Below, piece by piece: positions 29,372 through 37,542 of a stretch of 45,026 nt of DNA. Below the pieces are notes generated by a model. It saw nothing but the letters and a program-made list of their open reading frames with translations, made no database searches and was not told the origin of the DNA. The position numbers were made by a program, and so were the translations under genes. Source of the stretch: an uncultured Eubacteriales bacterium (GTDB taxonomy: Bacteria; Bacillota; Clostridia; Christensenellales; Borkfalkiaceae); the NCBI GenBank assembly GCA_958405585.1, contig CATYEP010000001.1, positions 1 through 45,026 on the forward strand, read 5' to 3'. Positions within the stretch are counted from its first letter, which is position 1. Each line of letters opens with the position of its first letter.

Positions 29372-30088
29372 TTATTCGTTCGTGATGATCGTGCCGGTCT
29401 TTTCGCCGCAGATCGCGCGGACGATGGCGTCCTTTTCCGACAGCGCAAACGCCAGAACCGGAATATCGTTGTCCATACACATCGTGATCGCCGTCGTATC
29501 CATGGCTTTCAGGCCGCGGTTGATCACTTCCATATGCGTGATCTTGTCGATCTTCTTCGCGTTCGGATTGACCTTCGGATCACTGTCATAAATGCCGTCA
29601 ACATTCTTTGCCAAAAGCAGTATGTCGGCATTCGTCTCGCAGGCACGCAGAGCCGCACCCGTGTCCGTCGAACAGTACGGATTACCTGTACCGCACGCAA
29701 AAATCACGATCCTTCCGAGCTCAAAGTGCCGAAGCGCCTTGCGCAGAATAAACGGTTCCGCAACACTGATCATGTTCAGCGCTGTCTGCACCCGCACCGG
29801 TACGCCGCGCTGTTCGATCGCGTCCTGCATCGCCAGCGAATTGATCACCGTCGCAAGCATGCCCATATGATCCGCCGTCGTGCGATCCATGTTCGTTCCC
29901 TGTCTGCCGCGCCAGAAATTTCCGCCGCCCAGCACGATCCCGACTTCTACGCCCAGTTCGTGAATACGGATCAGCTGATCCACGACTCCCGCTATGATCT
30001 TTTCGTCCAGTCCGAATCCCTTCTCGCCGGCAAGCGCTTCGCCGGATAACTTTAAAATAATACGTTTATATTTCGGTTTTAATTCCAT
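29372..30088 (-). CDS. pyrH: uridylate kinase
   Basis: KRIILKLSGEAL, GGGNFWRG, DHMGMLATVIN; start at MELKPK (ATG 30088). Confidence 0.97.
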   Translation of the reverse strand: MELKPKYKRIILKLSGEALAGEKGFGLDEKIIAGVVDQLIRIHELGVEVGIVLGGGNFWRGRQGTNMDRTTADHMGMLATVINSLAMQDAIEQRGVPVRVQTALNMISVAEPFILRKALRHFELGRIVIFACGTGNPYCSTDTGAALRACETNADILLLAKNVDGIYDSDPKVNPNAKKIDKITHMEVINRGLKAMDTTAITMCMDNDIPVLAFALSEKDAIVRAICGEKTGTIITNE

Positions 30089-30190
30089 GTTAGCCCCCGC
30101 TGTATGAATTTTGTATTTCGGCCCGAAAAGCGTACCTCCGCATCCGCCGACATACCGCCGCACAGAGAACGCTAAACAGATCCGAAACTG

Positions 30191-30228
30191 AAAAGAAAGG
30201 CACACAAATATACACTTGTGCGCCTTCT
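30191..30228 (-). terminator. intrinsic terminator after tsf
   Basis: minus strand gaaggcgcacaa...ttgtgtgcctttc followed by tttt. Confidence 0.65.
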
Positions 30229-30234
30229 CTTGCA

Positions 30235-30894
30235 TTAACCTTTCATCTTGGAAACTTGTTTCTCGACTTCCTCTGCAAGGTCGTCTTTTCTCTTTTCAAT
30301 GCCTTCGCCCATCTCGAAGCGCGCGAAACGACGAACCGTGATCTTCTCGCCGATCGCCGCGATCGCTTCCGTGATCAGCGTTCCGATGGTCTTGGAAGAA
30401 TCCTTTACAAACGGCTGCTCCAACAGACAGAAATCTTCGTAATACTTCTTGATCCTGCCCTGTACCATCTTTTCGGCAATCGCTTCGGGCTTTCCTTCGT
30501 TCATCGCCTGGACCTTCAGGATCTTTTTCTCTTCTTCCAGAACTTCGGCAGGAACTTCTTCCTTCGTGATATACAAAGGCTTCGCCGCCGCGATCTGCAG
30601 AGCGATATCATGAACCAACGATTTGAACTGGTCGCCGCGTGCGACGAAGTCTGTCTCGCAGTTCACTTCTACGAGCACGCCGACTTTTCCGCCCATGTGG
30701 ATGTAACTGTCCACAATGCCTTCTGCCGCGATCCTGCCCGCTTTCTTTGCCGCGGTCGCCATTCCCTTCTCGCGAAGGATCTCGATCGCTTTATCCATAT
30801 CTCCGTTCGCTTCCGTGAGCGCTTTTTTGCAATCCATCATGCCTACGCCCGTCTTCTGACGCAGTGCGTTTACATCACTTGCCGTAATAGCCAT
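30235..30894 (-). CDS. tsf: elongation factor Ts (short form)
   Basis: [26 protein letters not shown]. Confidence 0.97.
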   Translation of the reverse strand: MAITASDVNALRQKTGVGMMDCKKALTEANGDMDKAIEILREKGMATAAKKAGRIAAEGIVDSYIHMGGKVGVLVEVNCETDFVARGDQFKSLVHDIALQIAAAKPLYITKEEVPAEVLEEEKKILKVQAMNEGKPEAIAEKMVQGRIKKYYEDFCLLEQPFVKDSSKTIGTLITEAIAAIGEKITVRRFARFEMGEGIEKRKDDLAEEVEKQVSKMKG

Positions 30895-30936
30895 TTTTCC
30901 GTGCCTCCCTTTTTTTCTGTTTTTCTTGACTTCCGA

Positions 30937-31725
30937 TTACTCAGCGTCTGCAGGTACTTCTTCCGCCGCTTCCACTACTTCTTCGATGGAAACGTCTTCG
31001 GCAACTTCCTGTGTAGCCTGCTGCATTTCCGCATTCACTGCTTCGCCCTGGTTTGCTTCGATGACTGCATTCGCAATTACGCCCGAAAGCAGTTTTACCG
31101 CACGGATCGCATCGTCGTTGCCCGGGATCACGTAATCGATCAGATCGGGATCGCAGTTGGTATCTGTGATCGCCACGATCGGAATATGCAGTTTGCGCGC
31201 TTCTTGCACCGCGATCTCTTCATTGTGAGGATCAACGACAAACATCACGCCGGGAAGCGTCTTCATGTCTTTGATACCGCCGAGATTCGCTTCGAGTTTT
31301 TCCATTTCCTTCTTCAGACCCAGAACTTCTTTCTTGGGCAGAAGATCAAAATCCCCGTTTTCTTCCATCTTTTCCAGCTTGTTCAGACGGTCAATACGGG
31401 AACGGATCGTCTTGAAATTGGTCAGCGTGCCGCCCAGCCACCGGGAATTGATATAGAACTGTCCGCAACGCACCGCTTCTTCTTTGATCGCGTCCTGCGC
31501 CTGCTTCTTCGTTCCGACAAACAAAATGCTCTTCCCTGCCTTTACGGTGTCCACAACAAACGCATATGCCTTTTCCACAAGGCCGACCGTCAGCTGCAGG
31601 TCAATGATGTGAATGTCGTTACGAGCCGCAAAGATATATTTCTTCATCTTAGGGTTCCATTTCCTTGTCTGGTGCCCGAAATGCACGCCTGCTTCGAGCA
31701 GCTGTTTCATAGTGATAACTGCCAT
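30937..31725 (-). CDS. rpsB: 30S ribosomal protein S2
   Basis: [43 protein letters not shown] 31725 behind GGAGG. Confidence 0.98.
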   Translation of the reverse strand: MAVITMKQLLEAGVHFGHQTRKWNPKMKKYIFAARNDIHIIDLQLTVGLVEKAYAFVVDTVKAGKSILFVGTKKQAQDAIKEEAVRCGQFYINSRWLGGTLTNFKTIRSRIDRLNKLEKMEENGDFDLLPKKEVLGLKKEMEKLEANLGGIKDMKTLPGVMFVVDPHNEEIAVQEARKLHIPIVAITDTNCDPDLIDYVIPGNDDAIRAVKLLSGVIANAVIEANQGEAVNAEMQQATQEVAEDVSIEEVVEAAEEVPADAE

Positions 31726-31734
31726 AATTAAACC

Positions 31735-31872
31735 TCCGTTTTCTCCTCCCACAAACGCTTTCAGGATCGTATACAGCCTGCCTTGAAAGATTTTGCAGGA
31801 ACGGAATACGACACGCCCGTGGTGTGAATTTTATAGCCTTACTATTTTACCATAACGCAATTATTTTTGCAA
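31735..31872 (-). promoter_or_regulatory. rpsB promoter and structured 5' leader (putative uS2 autoregulatory leader)
   Basis: TTGCAA-17-TAAAAT, then a ~110-nt leader in which cacgggcgt can pair with gcgtttgtg around nested stems; position matches known rpsB leaders. Confidence 0.6.
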
Positions 31873-32007
31873 GCAAAAATAATTGCTCTTATGAAATTCT
31901 CCGCAATCTGCGAAAGAATCCTTTCCCTGAAAACACGCAAACGCGCGCGCCCTGCCTTCCGAAGGGCGCGCCGCGGCTCTTTTTATGAATTCTTGAAGAA
32001 ATTCCGA

Positions 32008-32412
32008 TTATTTCTCGTGCTTGTGATCGTGATTCTTGCAGCCGCATCCGCAGCCTTCTTCGTAGTCCGTATCCAAAGACGCCGCTTCGTCTGCATCCTC
32101 GTCTTCTTCCATCACGCGGCAGAATTCCTCGAATACTTCGTCCAGAAGTTTGTCGTCTTCCACGGGAACAAGTTCCTCTTTTCCCTCTTCGCCGACAATC
32201 TGCAGAATGGTAACTTCATCCTCTTCCGATTCCTCGTTTTCGTCTGCGGTCTGGAAAAAAGCATACCATCCGCCTTTGTATTCGATCGTACCGATATGAT
32301 AACATTTGTGAACTTTGCCCTGATCGTCGATCAGCTCCACTACGTTCACTTCCTCTTCACAGCATTCGCCGCAATCGCAATCCGCTTCGTGCAATTTCTT
32401 TTCTTCGCTCAT
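32008..32412 (-). CDS. DUF1292-domain protein with Cys/His-rich termini
   Basis: acidic; VELIDDQGK...YAFF...LVPVEDDKLLDEVFEEF; conserved position after ruvX. Confidence 0.85.
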   Translation of the reverse strand: MSEEKKLHEADCDCGECCEEEVNVVELIDDQGKVHKCYHIGTIEYKGGWYAFFQTADENEESEEDEVTILQIVGEEGKEELVPVEDDKLLDEVFEEFCRVMEEDEDADEAASLDTDYEEGCGCGCKNHDHKHEK

Positions 32413-32843
32413 GTTGTCTCTCCTTTCTTTTTTTTGTTCAGATACCCTTCCAGGATATAAGAGGCGGCTATGCTGTCAATCGACTGCTTCCTGTTCTCTC
32501 GCCGCACTCCGCCGCTGATCAGCACCCGCTCCGCTTCCATCGTCGTGAACCGCTCATCTTCATATACGATCGGCACGTCCGTCTTCTGCCTGAGCAATTC
32601 CACAAACCTGCGCGTCTTTTCCGTCTGCACCGATTCACTGCCGTCAAAATTCAACGGCAATCCGCATACGATCAGCCCGGCATCTTTCTCCTGTACGATC
32701 TTCGCCAGATTTTCGGCATCCGCTGCGGCACTTTTCGTCCGGAAATATGTCGTTCCGGGCAACGCAAACGTATTGAACGGATCGCTCGCCGCCACCCCGA
32801 TCCTTTTATCGCCAATATCAAAGGCGATTATTCGCTTTTCCAT
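32409..32843 (-). CDS. ruvX: YqgF/RuvX-family nuclease (pre-16S rRNA maturation)
   Basis: IAFDIGDKRIGVAASD, VCGLP, DERFTT, IDSIAASYIL. Confidence 0.95.
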   Translation of the reverse strand: MEKRIIAFDIGDKRIGVAASDPFNTFALPGTTYFRTKSAAADAENLAKIVQEKDAGLIVCGLPLNFDGSESVQTEKTRRFVELLRQKTDVPIVYEDERFTTMEAERVLISGGVRRENRKQSIDSIAASYILEGYLNKKKKGETT

Positions 32844-32980
32844 TCGTCCTCCTGCCGCCCTTTCTAAAATCGCAGTTATAGTATATCATATCCCCGCGTC
32901 GCCGTCCACAGTTTTTTCAAACTTTATCCCTTTTCCGAAAACATTTGATTTTCTGTCACTGTCTTTTCAAAATTTCCGCA

Positions 32981-33021
32981 CCCATATCCTGCCTGATTTT
33001 TGCGCCCATATCCTGCCTGAT
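32981..33021. repeat. 24-bp-period direct repeat
   Basis: cccatatcctgcctgat at 32981 and 33005. Confidence 0.8.
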
Positions 33022-33048
33022 GTTTTTAAAACAATCAAAAACAAGCCA

Positions 33049-33174
33049 ATCCTTATCTTCAGCAGCAATCCGCCTTATACCGATCCTCATCCCTATCTTC
33101 AACGGCTATTCGCCTTATACCGATCCTCATCCCTATCTTCAACGGCTATTCGCCTTATACCGATCCTGATCCCT
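33049..33174. repeat. 40-bp tandem repeat, about 3 copies
   Basis: unit cgccttataccgatcctcatccctatcttcaacggctatt exact at 33071 and 33111; partial copies on both sides. Confidence 0.92.
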
Positions 33175-33280
33175 TCGTGTTTTGGAAATACCAGCATTTT
33201 TTATAACGTATCCGCAATTTCCTGCCCCGATCCATACAAATATCTTGCGCCGATGCAACGCTCTGTATTTATGAAACCGA

Positions 33281-33428
33281 TACCGGCCGCGCTGTTCGCG
33301 CGGCCGGTACCGTAAGAAAAAGTTGTTGAGGGTGTGAGCTGTTAAAAGCCTTTCGGCGCACATGAAAAGATAAGGGACGCCGCAAAGGATGCAGGACGGA
33401 AAGTTTTCCCTCTCCTTGTGCCTGCATA
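33281..33428 (-). ncRNA. candidate structured small RNA (family not recognised)
   Basis: extended -10 TGcTATACT upstream; atgcagg/cctgcat stem, cggcg/cgccg stem, 12-bp terminal hairpin 33281-33309; no credible ORF. Confidence 0.45.
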
Positions 33429-33445
33429 CACAGTATAGCAAAGAA

Positions 33446-33454
33446 TTATCCACA
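33446..33454 (+). promoter_or_regulatory. perfect DnaA box
   Basis: TTATCCACA, inside the putative promoter of the candidate ncRNA. Confidence 0.55.
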
Positions 33455-33590
33455 AATTTTTCATTATTTGCAATAAAATTGTAAAATTTAACGCGCGCCG
33501 AAAAAAAAGCATACAACAAATATTTTCACGGAAAATTTCAGGCAGACAGTGCTTCATAAAAGCAATGCCTTCCTTTCGCGCTGAAACCAA

Positions 33591-33848
33591 AAGTTTGTCG
33601 ATCCGACGGAAGGTCTATGCACATATGAAGTTTACCGATCCGTCGGCTGGGCTATGCACAAATCAAGTTTTTCGATCCGTCGGCTAGGCTATGCACAAAT
33701 CAAGTTTGCCTATCCGTCGGCAGAGCTATGCACAAATCAAGTTTACCTATCCGTCGGCAGGGCTATGCACAAATCAAGTTTGCCGATCCGTCGGAAGGCT
33801 ATGTATAAATCAGGTTTTTCGATTCGTCCACTGGGCTATGCACAAATC
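33591..33848. repeat. 37-bp tandem array, 7 copies
   Basis: units start at 33591, 33628, 33665, 33702, 33739, 33776 (36 bp) and 33812; consensus aagtttNcc(g/t)atccgtcggcWgggctatgcacaaatc. Confidence 0.95.
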
Positions 33849-33878
33849 AGGGCGCCGCACAAATTGTGCGGCGCCCTG
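33848..33878. repeat. perfect palindrome (15-bp arms), probable terminator of the MFS operon
   Basis: cagggcgccgcacaa-a-ttgtgcggcgccctg. Confidence 0.8.
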
Positions 33879-33938
33879 CCGTAAATTTTATGAATCAAAT
33901 TTTCCCTTTTCCGCTTAAAAACATTTTCCCGAAAACCA

Positions 33939-35237
33939 TTATTCCGCCAAAGAATCTTTCTGTTTGCAGGGAGAATCCGCCTGCACTCTGCATACGGGTG
34001 TTTCTTTGCACCGTACGGCAATGATGAAAAACACGAATCCGATGACGAACATGACGGCAAGCGCGCCGACCCCGAAGCTCTGATTCCCGGTCGCATCGGT
34101 CACAATGCCGACCAGTAAAGTACCCATAAACGCCGCACCTTTGCCGAAAATATCGTAAATTCCGAAATATTCCCCTGCCTTCTGGGGCGGAATGATCTTT
34201 GCAAAATAAGCGCGCGACATGGCCTGAATGGTACCCTGGAACAACCCAACGCAGACGGCAAGGATCCAGAACTCATAGATCTGATCGAGAAACACCGCAT
34301 AGACCGTGATAAAGAAATACGCGACGATACACGCCATGATCAGGAATTGCGGTTTTATTTTTCGCGAAAGCATACCCAACAGGATCGCCGACGGAAATGC
34401 CACGATCTGGGTTACGAGCAGAGCGATCAGAAGCATCGTCGTATCCAGACCCAAAGACGTACCGTAAGCGGTCGCCATATCGATGATCGTATAGACGCCG
34501 TCGATGAAGAAGAAAAAGGCGATCAGAAAGAAAAGTACTTTTTTATTCCGCGCCACTTCTTTGAACACGCCGCCGAGGTTGGCAAGGCCCGTTCGGACGG
34601 GATGACCGCAAGCTTCGACAAAATGTTCCTGCCGATAACTTTTCCAAAGCGGAAAAGAACAGCCGACCCACCACGCCGCAATGACGATAAACACGAGCAA
34701 CATGGCTGCAAACATACTCAAAAGCCCGAACATGGCATACAGGACATAAATGACCACCGTCACCAAAAACGGCGCACAGCTGCCGATATACCCCCACGCA
34801 TAACCGCGGGAAGAAACCTCGTCCATACGTTCGGGTTGGGTGACATCGCAGAGCATGGAGTCATAAACGACCAGACTGAGCGAATATCCCGATTTTGCCA
34901 GTACGAACAAGATGAGAAACCAAAGCCAATGCTGCATGAATCCGAGAAGTATACATCCTGCCGCGCCGCACAGAATCGCCGCGGAAAATATTTTCCGCCG
35001 CATACCGCGAAGATCGGACACCGTACCGAGAATGGGTCCCAGCACCGCCACGACCGCCGTGGAAATACTCGTCGCATAAGCCCAATATGCGAGATAACTG
35101 TCTTCCGACAATCCGCCCGACGCCGCAACACTGTTGAAAAAAATCGGCAAAAGCGTGGATACCAGCAGCGTGAACGCCGAATTTCCCACGTCGTACCATA
35201 CCCATTTTTTTTCCAGAGAAGTCATTTTAAACTTCAT
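33939..35237 (-). CDS. MFS transporter, UMF1/YxiO-like
   Basis: WVWYDVGNSAF, GPILGTVSD, VYDSML, SRGYAWGYIG, FFFIDGV, SRAYFAKIIP...EYFGIY; start overlaps the upstream stop. Confidence 0.9.
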   Translation of the reverse strand: MKFKMTSLEKKWVWYDVGNSAFTLLVSTLLPIFFNSVAASGGLSEDSYLAYWAYATSISTAVVAVLGPILGTVSDLRGMRRKIFSAAILCGAAGCILLGFMQHWLWFLILFVLAKSGYSLSLVVYDSMLCDVTQPERMDEVSSRGYAWGYIGSCAPFLVTVVIYVLYAMFGLLSMFAAMLLVFIVIAAWWVGCSFPLWKSYRQEHFVEACGHPVRTGLANLGGVFKEVARNKKVLFFLIAFFFFIDGVYTIIDMATAYGTSLGLDTTMLLIALLVTQIVAFPSAILLGMLSRKIKPQFLIMACIVAYFFITVYAVFLDQIYEFWILAVCVGLFQGTIQAMSRAYFAKIIPPQKAGEYFGIYDIFGKGAAFMGTLLVGIVTDATGNQSFGVGALAVMFVIGFVFFIIAVRCKETPVCRVQADSPCKQKDSLAE

Positions 35238-36081
35238 AATTTTGTTCCTCTTTTTCACTCAGAACAGGGATCTCCCGCCAGTTCCCGTTCGGCCCGAACG
35301 TACGGTCAAACGTGTCGCAAAGCTCTGTTTTTCCCTCCAGATATCCCATAAAATTCTCCGCAAGCCGCACGCACAGATCCTCTGCCTTGCGCATCAGTTT
35401 TTCAAGTCTCAAATTGCTGTCCCTGCATGCCGCAATCGGCTTTTTCGCCATCATCATACCGTGCATCTCCCGATAATTCCCCGATAAATGCAGGATCGTT
35501 TCCACCGCAAAACGCTTTAAGGCATGCGGCGCACGCAACAGCTCGTTGTAACGGCGCATGGAACGCAAAGACTTTAACACCTGTTTTCCCGTAATACCTT
35601 CAAAAAACGGAGCGATCGTATCCGCATTCCGCGCCGACGCCGCAATGTGTTCGGTCAGCTTTGCGGACAACGGCTCGATCCCCTGCTTTTCCAAAAGATT
35701 GCGGTCAAATTCACTCTCGATTTCCGTATGACGTACGTCAGACACAGCAATTTTATTTTCAATGTAACTGTGACACTCCGTATCCAGCGCAAAATGGCAG
35801 ACAAATCCCAAAGCGTACGCAGTCGCACCCGCAGGATCTTCCGAATGCAGACACGCCTCCTTTGCCCTCTCAAAAAATTCGCGCGCAGGGCGTTCGTGCG
35901 TTCCGAACCCTACCGAATTCACTTTGTTGGTTGTCAGCGGATGATAATAAAACAAAATATCCGGCCCGTGCAGTCCGATATCATATAACTCCCTGCGATT
36001 GCGCACCGTTTCCGCCAATGACTGCGGAAAACGCTCCAGCATTTTTTTTCCGAACACATAATGTGCATACGTAGATGGCAT
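35227..36081 (-). CDS. zinc-dependent phospholipase C family protein
   Basis: MPSTYAHY, GLHGPDILFYY, TH, GFVCHFALDTECHSYI, HTEIESEFD metal-ligand pattern. Confidence 0.85.
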   Translation of the reverse strand: MPSTYAHYVFGKKMLERFPQSLAETVRNRRELYDIGLHGPDILFYYHPLTTNKVNSVGFGTHERPAREFFERAKEACLHSEDPAGATAYALGFVCHFALDTECHSYIENKIAVSDVRHTEIESEFDRNLLEKQGIEPLSAKLTEHIAASARNADTIAPFFEGITGKQVLKSLRSMRRYNELLRAPHALKRFAVETILHLSGNYREMHGMMMAKKPIAACRDSNLRLEKLMRKAEDLCVRLAENFMGYLEGKTELCDTFDRTFGPNGNWREIPVLSEKEEQNYEV

Positions 36082-36360
36082 AACTCTCTCCTTCTGTTCT
36101 TTTCTATTATAACACAGAGCAGCCTCTTTGCATGAACTTTTTTGTATTTTTCATGTAAAAAATTTGTAATAACACCGCAGTTTTTGCGCTCGAATTTTTT
36201 CCCGATCCCGTTCACCGTTTTGTTTTGGAATCATCCTCTTTCAGCTTGTACGGCAAATGCAGAGCGTAAGGAACATCCTGTGCCCTTTCCCCTGTATTTT
36301 TCCGACGATCGGCCTTTTGCAAAAGCAAATCTTTTTTCTTTGAAAGCGTTTCCCTTCAAA

Positions 36361-36401
36361 GATTCCCGACGGCGCAAAATGATTTTGCGCCGTCGGGAAT
36401 C
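36361..36401. repeat. perfect palindrome (20-bp arms)
   Basis: gattcccgacggcgcaaaat-g-attttgcgccgtcgggaatc. Confidence 0.8.
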
Positions 36402-36493
36402 CTGAGGATCTCAGAAAAAGAGCCGCAATTTATTAAAAATCGCGGCTCTTTTTTCTGCGGCAAATTGACTTTGCCGCAATTTCGCAGGCAAGA

Positions 36494-36688
36494 TCAGTTT
36501 TTTTTCTTGGATTCGTCTCCACTGCCGCCTTGCTGGAACGACGCCAGTTTTTCATCGATATAAGCGTCCAGTTTTGTTTTGAATTCTTCCTGGCCTTTTT
36601 GTACCAGGGCGCGCGTCTTGTTGCTGTTCGCGACCCATAAAGCGCCGAGAACCGCCCCTGCCGCCATTCCTGCAATAAATTTTTCCAT
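36494..36688 (-). CDS. small YtxH-like membrane-anchored protein
   Basis: MEKFIAGMAAGAVLGALWVA then a charged helix; GGAGG RBS. Confidence 0.7.
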   Translation of the reverse strand: MEKFIAGMAAGAVLGALWVANSNKTRALVQKGQEEFKTKLDAYIDEKLASFQQGGSGDESKKKN

Positions 36689-36795
36689 ACTGTGTTTCCT
36701 CCGAGCGGACGTAATTCGTCCGTAACCGAAGTATGTGCGGAATCCGTGAGAATATACAGTATTCCGAAAACCGCAAAATCAATGAACTCATAAAA

Positions 36796-37437
36796 TCATT
36801 TTGCATTACGATTGGCGGCAAGCATTGCTTTCTTGACGCGGCTGGCACGGCGAAGCAGTTCGTTTTCTTCCGTCAGGCGGTGCACCGTTTCGCGAAGGCG
36901 TGCATTTTCCTCGCGCAAAGATATGGCGAGCCTTCCGTAAAGCGCGTCGATCTCCGCTTGCAGGCGCTTTTCAAGCAACTTCGCGGGACGGCGGTCGGGC
37001 TGTACCGGCACGCCCCATTTTTCTGCCGCCGCGCGCACTTCCTCGGGCTGTTTTTTCAGCATGTTGCGGTATTTATTCTGATACCGCAGCATTTTCTTTT
37101 CGTCTCCGCCGCATACGTTTGCGATCGACCGACGTACCGAAAATCCTTTCCCGCGCTCCAAAAGAATTTCTTTGAGCATTTCCTGGCGTTCACTCTCCGT
37201 AAAAGGGCGAACCTGCTCAGCGTGCAGATCTTTCCCTTGCAATACTTTTTGAGCCGGCTCACTCTGCGTTTTCAGGAGCTTATAGTAATAATTGCGTACG
37301 CTTCCGCCTGCCCTGCCATGCTTTTTGCCGTACTCTGAAAACAAAGATGTCAGAGTCTTGCCTTTTTTCTTTCCTTCTGCAATACTGCGGACCAATTCTT
37401 CCGCTTCTTCCCGTGCGTAACCGTTGATCTTTTCCAT
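36796..37437 (-). CDS. RsfA-like DNA-binding protein with C-terminal coiled coil
   Basis: YAREEAEELVRSIAEG...TLTSLFSEYGKKHGRAGGSVRNYYY resembles the RsfA/Myb-like pattern; second similar unit; GGAGG RBS. Confidence 0.55.
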   Translation of the reverse strand: MEKINGYAREEAEELVRSIAEGKKKGKTLTSLFSEYGKKHGRAGGSVRNYYYKLLKTQSEPAQKVLQGKDLHAEQVRPFTESERQEMLKEILLERGKGFSVRRSIANVCGGDEKKMLRYQNKYRNMLKKQPEEVRAAAEKWGVPVQPDRRPAKLLEKRLQAEIDALYGRLAISLREENARLRETVHRLTEENELLRRASRVKKAMLAANRNAK

Positions 37438-37542
37438 AAAATTACCTCCCTGGGGTTTGTACTTTTATTGACATACTTTCATTTGTTTATACATACAAAT
37501 AACAAAAGACGTCGCAAGCGACGTTGCGGGAGAAAAATTATC

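Noticed and set aside
33591..33848. CRISPR array
   Set aside because: Units are contiguous with no unique spacers, and no cas genes are in the window.
33654..33918. ORFs of 75-76 aa across the 37-bp array (likewise ORFs over 32945-33315)
   Set aside because: Repeat periods of 37 and 40 are not multiples of 3, the peptides cycle through frames, and there is no RBS.
32844..33938. Chromosomal replication origin (oriC)
   Set aside because: No dnaA, dnaN or rpmH nearby, only one perfect DnaA box, and gene orientation does not switch across the interval.
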